Shown here: in pieces, positions 37,974 to 46,883 of the stretch
How the letters are laid out: each line of letters opens with the position of its first letter
Numbering within the stretch: the first letter of the stretch is position 1
DNA from: an uncultured Candidatus Saccharibacteria bacterium
GTDB lineage: Bacteria; Patescibacteriota; WWE3; UBA101185; UBA10185
Reading direction: 5' to 3'
Length of the DNA: 64,000 nt
NCBI GenBank assembly: GCA_964615625.1
Contig: CAZTQT010000003.1
Location: 4,379 to 68,378 of the forward strand
The notes under the pieces: generated by a model
Databases searched by the model: none
Seen by the model: only the letters and a program-made list of their open reading frames with translations
Told to the model about the DNA's origin: nothing
Made by a program: the position numbers and the translations under genes

Positions 37974-38594
37974 ATGAAACTGCTCTTAATTGGACCTCAA
38001 GGTAGTGGTAAGGGTACAGTTGGAAAAATGTTGGGGGAGTATTTTCATATTCCTTTAATATCATCAGGGCATCTTCTTAGGGATCTCCCAGAAAATCATG
38101 CTAAAAAGAAGGAGATAGATGAGGCTATGGAAAAGGGGGAGCTTGTACCTCAGGATTTGGTTGCAGACATACTAAAAGAAGAAGTTCAAAAAGATATTTA
38201 TGAAAAAGGTTATATATTAGACGGTTGGGGTAGAGCTTTGGTGGATTTAGATTATTTTAATCCAGGTTTTGATTGGGTTTTGTACATAAATATATCTCCA
38301 GAAACATCTGTTAAAAGACTTTCATCAAGGAGAACATGTTCTGAATGTGGGTCTATTTTTAACATCATATCAGTTCCTCCAAAAGTGGATGGTGTCTGCG
38401 ATGATTGCGGTGGAAAATTGATCCAAAGAGAGGACGATGTAGAAGATGCTGTGAGGAGAAGGCTTGAAATATTTAATACTGAGACAATGAGAACACTTGA
38501 TGTTTTTAGAGATGAAGGTAAGGTTTTAGAAATAGATGGCGAGGGTTCTCCTGAAGAAGTTTTTAAACTCGCTGTAGAAGCCTTAAAGCCCTAA
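37974..38594 (+). CDS. adk: Adenylate kinase (Zn-LID)
   Basis: GPQGSGKGT, GELVP, CSECG...CDDCGG, QREDD. Confidence 0.95.
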   Translation: MKLLLIGPQGSGKGTVGKMLGEYFHIPLISSGHLLRDLPENHAKKKEIDEAMEKGELVPQDLVADILKEEVQKDIYEKGYILDGWGRALVDLDYFNPGFDWVLYINISPETSVKRLSSRRTCSECGSIFNIISVPPKVDGVCDDCGGKLIQREDDVEDAVRRRLEIFNTETMRTLDVFRDEGKVLEIDGEGSPEEVFKLAVEALKP

Positions 38595-38614
38595 TTAGTG
38601 TTATAATTATCTTG

Positions 38615-39649
38615 ATGATGAAAGACCTGCAACCAAAACAAGAAAAAGAAGGATCCGGTGTAGTAAGATATTGGAGAAAACATCCAAAGTCTATAGAGAA
38701 ATATCAATTTGTTTATCGTTTTTTACCCAAAGATGATAAGAAAAAAAGAGCAGATTTTCTTGATAATAAGGCTATTTTAATCTATTGTGCCGTAATACTT
38801 TTTGTAACATTAGCTTTTAGATTTATTCCAAAATTTGCACCTGGGGTTTTAGGCTACGCTTCAAATATAAGTGTGTCCGATCTTTTGAAGTACACTAATA
38901 AGAAGAGAGAGGAGAACGGGGCTTCAAATTTAAGGTTAAACGCAAAATTGTCTTCAGCTGCGGAAAAGAAAGCTCAAGATATGTTTGCAGACGGTTATTG
39001 GGCTCATGTAGCTCCGGATGGAAAAGAACCTTGGGATTTCATTATTTCTGAAGGCTATGATTACATATATGCTGGTGAAAATCTTGCAAAGAACTTCTCT
39101 ACTTCAAAAGAAGTTGTAGAGGCTTGGTTTAATTCTCCATCTCACAAGAGTAATCTTATAGGTAAAAATTATGATGAGGTTGGTTTTGCAGTTGTTAACG
39201 GTGTTATGGATGGTTATGAAACAACTCTGGTAGTACAAATGTTTGGCAGACCAAGACAACCTTCTATGTTAGCTGATACTAAAGAAGAGCAAGCAGTTTT
39301 GGAAAAAAGTCAGATTAAAGCTGTGACTTCTGTTGCTGGAGCTACAGAAAAAACAGAAAATCTCAACGAACCTCCCAGTGAGGAGCAAAAAGACCCTGAG
39401 GAGAATAACACTGTTGTAGTGGCCACAAACCCACAAGAAACAAAAGTTGTGGTAGATGTAACAAAAGCTACAAAAACAGTCAGTCTTGCCTTTGGAGGAT
39501 TTGTAGGGTCCCTTCTTGCAGTAGATGTTTTATATTCAAGAAAGAAAGGTATTAGGAAATTTACGGGTCTGACTCTAGCCCATATTGTTATTATAGCTAT
39601 GGTTATTGCTAGTATTTGGTTTATATTAAGACCTGGGTTGGTAGTTTAA
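38615..39649 (+). CDS. Membrane-anchored CAP (SCP/Tpx-1/Ag5) domain protein
   Basis: TNKKR, KAQDM...YWAH, AGENLA, AWFNSPSHKSN; one N-terminal and two C-terminal TM segments. Confidence 0.85.
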   Translation: MMKDLQPKQEKEGSGVVRYWRKHPKSIEKYQFVYRFLPKDDKKKRADFLDNKAILIYCAVILFVTLAFRFIPKFAPGVLGYASNISVSDLLKYTNKKREENGASNLRLNAKLSSAAEKKAQDMFADGYWAHVAPDGKEPWDFIISEGYDYIYAGENLAKNFSTSKEVVEAWFNSPSHKSNLIGKNYDEVGFAVVNGVMDGYETTLVVQMFGRPRQPSMLADTKEEQAVLEKSQIKAVTSVAGATEKTENLNEPPSEEQKDPEENNTVVVATNPQETKVVVDVTKATKTVSLAFGGFVGSLLAVDVLYSRKKGIRKFTGLTLAHIVIIAMVIASIWFILRPGLVV

Positions 39650-39656
39650 GGAGAAT

Positions 39657-39917
39657 ATGTTGGAAAATATAAAAGAAAACAGAATAGAATATTTTATCTT
39701 AATGGTGGCAGTGATAGCTTTTATTATTCTGATTTATATTTTTAGGTTTAATAAAGATGTTTTGATATTGCTTAGTGGGTTAGGTTCTGTTTTATACATT
39801 TTTTGGGGTATAATTCACCACTATATAAGAGGAAAACTAACAAAAAACATAGTTTATGAGTATTCTTTGTTTGGTTTGTTATCATTCCTTTTATTCTTTG
39901 TTGTTTTAAGTTTTTAA
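39657..39917 (+). CDS. Small three-TM hypothetical membrane protein
   Basis: 86 aa with three hydrophobic segments, WGIIHH motif; SD aaggag. Confidence 0.7.
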   Translation: MLENIKENRIEYFILMVAVIAFIILIYIFRFNKDVLILLSGLGSVLYIFWGIIHHYIRGKLTKNIVYEYSLFGLLSFLLFFVVLSF

Positions 39918-39920
39918 GTT

Positions 39921-41051
39921 ATGAAAATAGTTATTGTAGTTCCTACTTATAACGAGTCTAAAAATATAGGCAGGTTAATAGAGGCACTAGATAAAGAATT
40001 TAAAAATATTCCTTCCCATGAGCTAAATCTTTTGGTAGTTGAAGGTAATTCCCCTGACGGCACTGCTGACGTAGTGAGAGACAAAATGAAAGATTATAAA
40101 TTTGTTCATCTGTTAATGGAGGAGAAAAAAGCTGGTTTAGGAGCAGCATATGTTTATGGTTTCAAACATGCTATGAAAGAAATGGGGGCTGATGTTTTGA
40201 TAGAAATGGATGCGGACTTTCAACATGATCCAAAGGAAATAAAAAACCTTGTAAAACAAATTGATGAAGGTTATGACTACGTTATAGGTTCCAGATTTGT
40301 AAAAGGAGGTAGTATCCCAAAGGAATGGGAGTTTAAGAGAAAAATGTACAGTAAGCTAGGTAATACCCTTTCTAAAGTTATTCTTGGTGTTAAAGGAGTT
40401 AATGACTTTACGACAGGTTACAAAGCTTCAAGGGTTAAGGGATATGCAGATTCCATTGATTTAGATAATATCTTATCAAAAGGTTTTGCTTATAAAATGG
40501 ATCTTTTGTATAAAATGCACAAAGCAGGTGCAAAAATAAAGGAAATTCCTATACAGTTTGGTTTAAGAGACGAGGGTACATCCAAAATGGAGAGAAATAA
40601 CATGATAGATTCTCTAAGAGTGGTTTTAAATCTTCGTCTGAAAGATCCTCAAACTCAAAAATTTCTTAAATTTTGTATTGTTGGTGTTACGGGTCTTATT
40701 GTTGATTCCGGTCTTTTTAATGTTTTAAGAATTTCTTTTTCAAATTCAAAGACGGCCTCTTTACTATCGGGTTTAATTGCTATGCTCGTGACTTTTACTA
40801 TTAATAACTTTTGGTCTTTTAAAGAAAATAAGATATCTGGAATAGTTGGAAAAATAAAGGGTTTTCTCATTTATATACTTTCTTCTTATGTCCCAATATT
40901 TTTACGTTCTCAAATGATAAAATTTTCGGTATCACAATTTGGAGACACATTTTTAGTTTCTAATATTACATTTTTTATAGGGATAATGCTTGGCTTAATA
41001 TGGAACTATACTGTGTATAATAAGATAATATGGAAGGAAAAGGATCTGTGA
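39921..41051 (+). CDS. GT2 polyprenol-phosphate sugar (Ppm1/DPM1-like) synthase fused to a GtrA-like domain
   Basis: PTYNE, NSPDGT, GLGAAY, MDADFQHDP, VIGSRFVKGG; C-terminal FLKFCIVG...NNFWSF four-TM GtrA pattern. Confidence 0.88.
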   Translation: MKIVIVVPTYNESKNIGRLIEALDKEFKNIPSHELNLLVVEGNSPDGTADVVRDKMKDYKFVHLLMEEKKAGLGAAYVYGFKHAMKEMGADVLIEMDADFQHDPKEIKNLVKQIDEGYDYVIGSRFVKGGSIPKEWEFKRKMYSKLGNTLSKVILGVKGVNDFTTGYKASRVKGYADSIDLDNILSKGFAYKMDLLYKMHKAGAKIKEIPIQFGLRDEGTSKMERNNMIDSLRVVLNLRLKDPQTQKFLKFCIVGVTGLIVDSGLFNVLRISFSNSKTASLLSGLIAMLVTFTINNFWSFKENKISGIVGKIKGFLIYILSSYVPIFLRSQMIKFSVSQFGDTFLVSNITFFIGIMLGLIWNYTVYNKIIWKEKDL

Positions 41052-41827
41052 AGTATTCAATAGTAATACCAACTTACAATGAGTCAGGTAGAATATCTCC
41101 CACTCTTGTCCAAATCCTTGGTTTTATGAGGGGGTATACAGAATCTTTTGAAGTTATAGTCTCTGATGATAATAGTTCTGATAATACTTTAGAAATAGTT
41201 AAAAATCTTGCAAGTGAGAATTCTGAGATAGTAGTTTTAGAAAACCCACATAGAGGTAAAGGTCCTACAGTTTGGTCAGGTTTTATGGAGGCCAAAGGAG
41301 ACCTTATTTACATGGCCGATGCTGATTTGTCGGCACCTATATCTGAAATAAAAAAACTTTCTGTTTGGATAGAAGAACAGGGATATGACGTTGTTATAGC
41401 TTCCAGAGAAGGTGTAGGTGCAGAAAGAATAAATGAACCTTTTCACAGGCATCTTATGGGAAGAGTTTTTAACTTTTTAGTTAGGATAATAGCTCTACCT
41501 GGAATAAAAGATACACAATGTGGTTTTAAACTTTTTACTAAGAAATGTGTTAAAGATGTTTTTCCAAGGATAGAGTCGCTTAAGAACGCAAAAGAGCTAA
41601 AATCAGCTTATACTGGGGCGTGGGATGTAGAAGTTTTGTTGCTATCTAGGCAGTTAGGTTATAAAATAAAGTCCGTTCCTGTTACTTGGGTACATGTGAA
41701 GACAGAAGGAGTGAGTCCTATAAGGGATTCAATTAAAATGGCCCTTGAAATATTGCAGATAAAATGGCGTTTTGTTAGGGGAAAATATAAATCTGCTCAA
41801 CTTACCTCAATTTCCCCACAAGAATAG
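41048..41827 (+). CDS. GT2 Dol-P-glucose synthase-like (Alg5/DPG synthase type) glycosyltransferase
   Basis: IPTYNE, HRGKG, DADLS, DTQCGFKLF, WDVEVL; GTG start overlapping the previous stop. Confidence 0.85.
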   Translation: MKYSIVIPTYNESGRISPTLVQILGFMRGYTESFEVIVSDDNSSDNTLEIVKNLASENSEIVVLENPHRGKGPTVWSGFMEAKGDLIYMADADLSAPISEIKKLSVWIEEQGYDVVIASREGVGAERINEPFHRHLMGRVFNFLVRIIALPGIKDTQCGFKLFTKKCVKDVFPRIESLKNAKELKSAYTGAWDVEVLLLSRQLGYKIKSVPVTWVHVKTEGVSPIRDSIKMALEILQIKWRFVRGKYKSAQLTSISPQE

Positions 41828-41858
41828 ATATTTATTTATGAGGTGTTTTTAAATTAAT

Positions 41859-43229
41859 ATGAAAATATGCGTTGTAGGTACAGGTTATGTTGGTTTAGTT
41901 GGTGCGGCTGTTTTTTCAGATTGGGGGAATGATGTAGTAGGTGTTGATATAAATGCCGAAAAAATAGAGAGAATTAAAAAAGGCGATATGCCTATATTTG
42001 AGCCTAGTCTTTCGGAGATAGTTTTAAAAAATATAAGTGAAGGTAGATTATCTTTCACGACATCTCTTTCAGAAGGTGTAAAAAAATCTGACATCATTTT
42101 CATCTGTGTTGGAACTCCTCAAAGTGAGGCAGGGGATGCTGATTTATCATTTGTTTGGAAAGTAGCTGAAGACATAGGAAAATGTTTAGATGGGTATAAA
42201 GTGATTGTTGTAAAAAGTACAGTACCTGTAGGGACAAATGAGATAGTAAAGAAAAAAATAAAAGAAAATCTTACTTACAACGTAGATTTTGATGTTGTTT
42301 CTAATCCTGAGTTTTTAAGAGAAGGTTATTCAGTAGAAGATATGAGAAACCCTGAAAGAACAGTTATAGGTTCTGATTCAGAAAAAGCTTTGTCTATTAT
42401 GAGAGAACTTTATTCTCACCTAGAAAGACCTATTGTTGAATGTGATCTAAGATCGGCCGAAATGATTAAGTATGCCTCTAACGCTTTTTTGGCGTCAAAA
42501 ATATCTTTTATAAATGAGATGGCTCAACTTTGTGAGAGATCTGGTGCTGATGTATCAACAGTAGCAAAAGGGATGGGTTTAGATTCAAGAATAGGTCCAA
42601 AGTTTTTGAATGCTGGTATAGGTTATGGTGGTAGCTGTTTCCCTAAAGATGTATCGGCTCTTTATAAAACTTCAACTAACCAAGATTATGACTTCAGACT
42701 CCTGAGAGGTGTTATAGAAGTTAATAAATTACAAAGAGAGTATTTTGTTAACAAAATTTCAAGGTATTTTGATGGTAATTTGTCTGGAAAGACTATTGGA
42801 GTTTTGGGATTATCTTTTAAGGAAAATACTGATGATGTGAGAGAGTCAGTAGCAATGGGAGTTGTTAAACATTTACGCGGTCTTGGGGCAAAAATAAAAG
42901 CTTTTGATCCAGAGGCAATGTACAATGCAAAGAAGGTTTTAGGAGAAGTGAGTGTTGATTATTGTTTAGATAAATATGAGGTAATGCATGATTCAGATGC
43001 TCTTGTTATATTGACCGAGTGGAAAGACTTCTCCAACCTAGATCTTGATAAAGTTAAATCTTTATTAAAAGAACCCGTGATATTTGACGGTAGGAACGTG
43101 CTTGATAGAAAGAAAGTCGAATCAGCTGGGTTTGTGTATTTTGCTGTAGGTAAGAGAACCAACGGGACCGAGTTGTTAGATAAAAAATCTAGCAGCGGTT
43201 CTGGTGTAATATTAAGAGATGGGAAATAA
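41859..43229 (+). CDS. ugd: UDP-glucose/GDP-mannose 6-dehydrogenase
   Basis: GTGYVGL, CVGTP, KSTVP, NPEFLREG, GYGGSCFPKD, DGRN. Confidence 0.93.
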   Translation: MKICVVGTGYVGLVGAAVFSDWGNDVVGVDINAEKIERIKKGDMPIFEPSLSEIVLKNISEGRLSFTTSLSEGVKKSDIIFICVGTPQSEAGDADLSFVWKVAEDIGKCLDGYKVIVVKSTVPVGTNEIVKKKIKENLTYNVDFDVVSNPEFLREGYSVEDMRNPERTVIGSDSEKALSIMRELYSHLERPIVECDLRSAEMIKYASNAFLASKISFINEMAQLCERSGADVSTVAKGMGLDSRIGPKFLNAGIGYGGSCFPKDVSALYKTSTNQDYDFRLLRGVIEVNKLQREYFVNKISRYFDGNLSGKTIGVLGLSFKENTDDVRESVAMGVVKHLRGLGAKIKAFDPEAMYNAKKVLGEVSVDYCLDKYEVMHDSDALVILTEWKDFSNLDLDKVKSLLKEPVIFDGRNVLDRKKVESAGFVYFAVGKRTNGTELLDKKSSSGSGVILRDGK

Positions 43230-44457
43230 AAAAGCCCTTATCTTTATACCGGAATTTCCGGTTCTTACAGAGACATTTATAGAGCGAGAAGTCTCAAAGC
43301 TTTCAGAGCGGGGTAATGTAGATGTTGTTGTATTTTCTATCCTAAAGGGAAAGGGAAGTGTTTCTTCTGAACTGAATGGTAAGATTGTTTATAGCAGACC
43401 CGCTGTTCTTGATATTCTAGAATCTGCTTTTTTTGTGATTTCTAAGTTTAGAAAAATAAAAAGCGCTTTTAGTAATTTTATTAGTATTGAGAACACAGGT
43501 GCCTCTCCAGATGTAATTGCAAATCAAGCAAGTTTTGGAAAGAAATTATATGTCTTCTTAAAATCCGTTTTATACGCTCACAAATTTTCCAAATTAAACC
43601 CGAACATTATTTTGGCTCATTTTTTATCAGAACCGTCTACAATAGCTATGATTATTGCTAATATACTGGAAGTTCCTTACATTATCTCAGCACATGCAAA
43701 AGATATAACGGTAAATTCTGAATATGTTGAGGAAAAGGTTAAAACTGCGAAATATATAACAATATGTAACAAAAATGCTTATCAAAATGTTCTATCTTGG
43801 GCCAATAAATTAGGAAAAAACAATGTGGTTTTAGCTTACCATGGTGTTGATACCTATAAAATTTCACAAATACCAGAAAAAGCGAATTTAGACGTAAAGC
43901 GGCCCTATATGTTATCCGTTGGTAGATTAGTTGAGAAAAAGGGTTTAGTTTATTTAATTGAAGCTATTAAAATTCTGAAAAATAAGGGTATTTTAATTAA
44001 TTCTGCCATTATAGGTTCCGGACCTTTGTACGAGGTTTTAGTGGAGAAAATAAAAGAACTAGGTCTAGTTGAAACGGTAAAAATAATTGGTGAAAATAAA
44101 GGACTGTCCAATGAAGAAACACTTTCTTACTATAAATCAGCTGATTTCCTAGTTTTTCCAAGTATACAAACTAAAGAAGGAGACGTTGATGGTATAGCCA
44201 ATGTTTTATTTGAAGCAGGTGCTTTTAAACTGCCAGTGATAGCCACTGACGCTGGGAGTACAAATGAATTGATAATAGATAATTTGACCGGTTTGGTTTG
44301 TAGACAAAAAGATCCAACTTGTCTTGCTGATAAAATTGAGGAATTAGTAAATAACAAGGAAAAGGCAAAAATATTAGGAGAAAACCTTTATAATAAGGTT
44401 AAGGAAGATTTCAGTTTAGATAAAAATATAGAAAAACTGGAACAAATGCTTTTATAA
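43219..44457 (+). CDS. GT4 glycosyltransferase (WcaL-like)
   Basis: ETFIERE, HAKDI, VGRLVEKKG, DGIANVLFEA. Confidence 0.85.
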   Translation: MGNKKALIFIPEFPVLTETFIEREVSKLSERGNVDVVVFSILKGKGSVSSELNGKIVYSRPAVLDILESAFFVISKFRKIKSAFSNFISIENTGASPDVIANQASFGKKLYVFLKSVLYAHKFSKLNPNIILAHFLSEPSTIAMIIANILEVPYIISAHAKDITVNSEYVEEKVKTAKYITICNKNAYQNVLSWANKLGKNNVVLAYHGVDTYKISQIPEKANLDVKRPYMLSVGRLVEKKGLVYLIEAIKILKNKGILINSAIIGSGPLYEVLVEKIKELGLVETVKIIGENKGLSNEETLSYYKSADFLVFPSIQTKEGDVDGIANVLFEAGAFKLPVIATDAGSTNELIIDNLTGLVCRQKDPTCLADKIEELVNNKEKAKILGENLYNKVKEDFSLDKNIEKLEQMLL

Positions 44458-44459
44458 AA

Positions 44460-45641
44460 ATGAAAATAGCTGTATTTGCAAAATCTACAACACTTCACAA
44501 AAATTATGGGGGTTTAGAAACTCAGAACAGAGCTTTGTGTGAGGAACTTGTGAAAAGGGGACATGAAATAACAATTTTTTCACCTAAAAGAGATTTTGAG
44601 GGAGATGATGCTTTTGTTAATGGTGTAAAGTACGTTTTTATTGATGCTGAGTATGGAAACTATTTATTTTCAGGTTTAAAAAAGGATAGCTGGACAAAGA
44701 AGTCTTTAGAGGTTTTTGAAGAATTTCATAAAAAAGAAAAATTTGATTTGGCTTTAGGTCAAAGTTCTGCCGCGGAAAGTATCATTGAAAATAAAATTAA
44801 ACTTAATATTAAAACTGCTTCAATATCACATGGAACCGCTTTATCGGAGCTTGTCACTTTCTTTAAAAATATCTCAGGAATTAAAGATATTTACTGGTCA
44901 TTGAGGAATACTCAATATTTTTTAAGACAGTATTTTGGTAGACAAAGAAGGTTTGTTTTACACTCTGACGTTGTGGTTGCAGTATCACATTATGTTAAAA
45001 AAGCTTTAATTTCAGAGACTTTTGTTGATGATAAAAAAGTCAAAGTTATACATAACGGAGTTGATGGGTCGTTATTTGAAAATAAAAAAACAAAAACAGA
45101 TGAAAAAAATACAGACATTTACTTTATAGGCAGGGTAGAAAAATCAAAAGGGATAATGACTGTTATAAAAATGATGAAAGAAATTGATAGAAATGTGAAA
45201 CTGCATGTTGTTGGTGACGGACCTTGTTTAGAAGAAGCAAAAAAGAAAGCTGAAGATTTAAATATTAAAGATAGGGTTATATTTCACGGAAAAATGCCTC
45301 ATTATGAATTTATAAAAAATTTATCACCCGACGTTTTTGTTTTTCCAACCAATAGAGTAGAAGGATTTCCAATGGTTTTAGTTGAATCTATGTTCTCTGG
45401 AATACCTGTTGTGGCTTTTGATATGGGTGGTGTTCCCGATGCTATAGAAGATGGTAAAAACGGGTTTTTGATAGAAAGTGGCAATAAAGTGTTATTTAAG
45501 AAAAAACTAGTAGAATTAATAGATAATAAAACTTTAAGAGATAATATGGGAAATTATGCAAAAGAAAAAGCTGAAAAAGAATTTACAATTGGTAAAATGA
45601 TAGATGATTACGAAAAAGTTTTTTTGGACATATTAAAATGA
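44460..45641 (+). CDS. GT4 glycosyltransferase
   Basis: GGLE, IHNGVD, GRVEKSKG, EGFPMVLVES. Confidence 0.88.
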   Translation: MKIAVFAKSTTLHKNYGGLETQNRALCEELVKRGHEITIFSPKRDFEGDDAFVNGVKYVFIDAEYGNYLFSGLKKDSWTKKSLEVFEEFHKKEKFDLALGQSSAAESIIENKIKLNIKTASISHGTALSELVTFFKNISGIKDIYWSLRNTQYFLRQYFGRQRRFVLHSDVVVAVSHYVKKALISETFVDDKKVKVIHNGVDGSLFENKKTKTDEKNTDIYFIGRVEKSKGIMTVIKMMKEIDRNVKLHVVGDGPCLEEAKKKAEDLNIKDRVIFHGKMPHYEFIKNLSPDVFVFPTNRVEGFPMVLVESMFSGIPVVAFDMGGVPDAIEDGKNGFLIESGNKVLFKKKLVELIDNKTLRDNMGNYAKEKAEKEFTIGKMIDDYEKVFLDILK

Positions 45642-46840
45642 AAATATTAAGACTTATATACGATTGGCCACCTCCCTGGCAGGGTTTGGCGGCTCATCCA
45701 TACGAACTAACTGCTAGTCAGTTAAAAGAAGGTCATGAGGTAGAGATTTTTTGCGGGAGGTGGCCAAATGCTGGGGCTATAGAAAATCCTGGGGGTGCAA
45801 AAATAAACCCTATTATAAGAGAGCCTCTTCCTGGAACTATATTTTTTACAAGTTCCGTGATTCTATTTTTTAAGTATCTTATATGGAGAAGGAAAAATAC
45901 CCCAGATATAATTCATTCTCACGGGCATTTTGCGGTTTGGATCTACTGGTATAGGTGGTTTTTGCAGAAATTTTTTCCATGGTCAAAAGAACTAAATGTA
46001 CCTTTAGTTGTCCATTTTCATAATGTTGCTAAAGATAGGTGGGCCAAAATGGAGGAGCAAAATAAACCTATAACCCCCTTAGCTAGGTATTTGGTTTGGC
46101 CATTATCCATTTTTTCTGATAAACACGCTGTAAAAGCTGCAGCAGCCTGTATATTTGTTAGTAAATCTAATTTAGAAAAAGCTGTTGAATATTATGGAGC
46201 AGACCCAAAGAGATGTTTTTTTGTTGAGTCTGGTGTTAATCCTGAGTTGTTCAAGCCTGTAGGTGTGGAGGAGATGGAGAAATCTAGACGTGATCTAGGT
46301 CTTGATATTGAAGATAAAGTAATACTTAACCATGGGGTTATGTCCGAAAGAAAGAATGTTCACTTGTTAGTCGAAGCTTTAAGATATTTGCCAAAAGACT
46401 ACAAACTTTTAATGGTAGGTCCTGGAGATTCTGGATATATGGGAAAAATAAATGAGACTATTAAGATAAATGGTTTAGAAGGTAGGGTTGTAAAAGTAGG
46501 TTATACACCTTATGTTCAAGTCCCTATCGCATATCAGGTGTCTGACATTTTTGTACTTCCGTCAGTTTGGGAAGGTCTGCCTAAAGTTGTTACACAAGGT
46601 CTTTCTTGTGGCATACCGTGCTTAGTTTCAGGTTTCAAGCTATCAGAAGATATAGAGGGTTTGTATTATCTGGAAGATCTAGATGCTGAGTATATTGCTA
46701 ATTATATTTTTAAAATTGTTGATGGTGGTTTGAGTACCGTAGATTTTAATAAAGTAGCCTTAATATATTCTTGGACTGCTAGGGCCAGAGAAATAGATAG
46801 AGTATACGAATTTGCCAAAGCGAATTATCTTTTAGAATAA
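45638..46840 (+). CDS. GT4 glycosyltransferase
   Basis: DIIHSHG, SGVNPELF, RKNV, PSVWEGLP. Confidence 0.85.
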   Translation: MKILRLIYDWPPPWQGLAAHPYELTASQLKEGHEVEIFCGRWPNAGAIENPGGAKINPIIREPLPGTIFFTSSVILFFKYLIWRRKNTPDIIHSHGHFAVWIYWYRWFLQKFFPWSKELNVPLVVHFHNVAKDRWAKMEEQNKPITPLARYLVWPLSIFSDKHAVKAAAACIFVSKSNLEKAVEYYGADPKRCFFVESGVNPELFKPVGVEEMEKSRRDLGLDIEDKVILNHGVMSERKNVHLLVEALRYLPKDYKLLMVGPGDSGYMGKINETIKINGLEGRVVKVGYTPYVQVPIAYQVSDIFVLPSVWEGLPKVVTQGLSCGIPCLVSGFKLSEDIEGLYYLEDLDAEYIANYIFKIVDGGLSTVDFNKVALIYSWTARAREIDRVYEFAKANYLLE

Positions 46841-46883
46841 TCAGTTATAATACAGGTCGTTTTGGTTTTATTTGGTTATTGAG

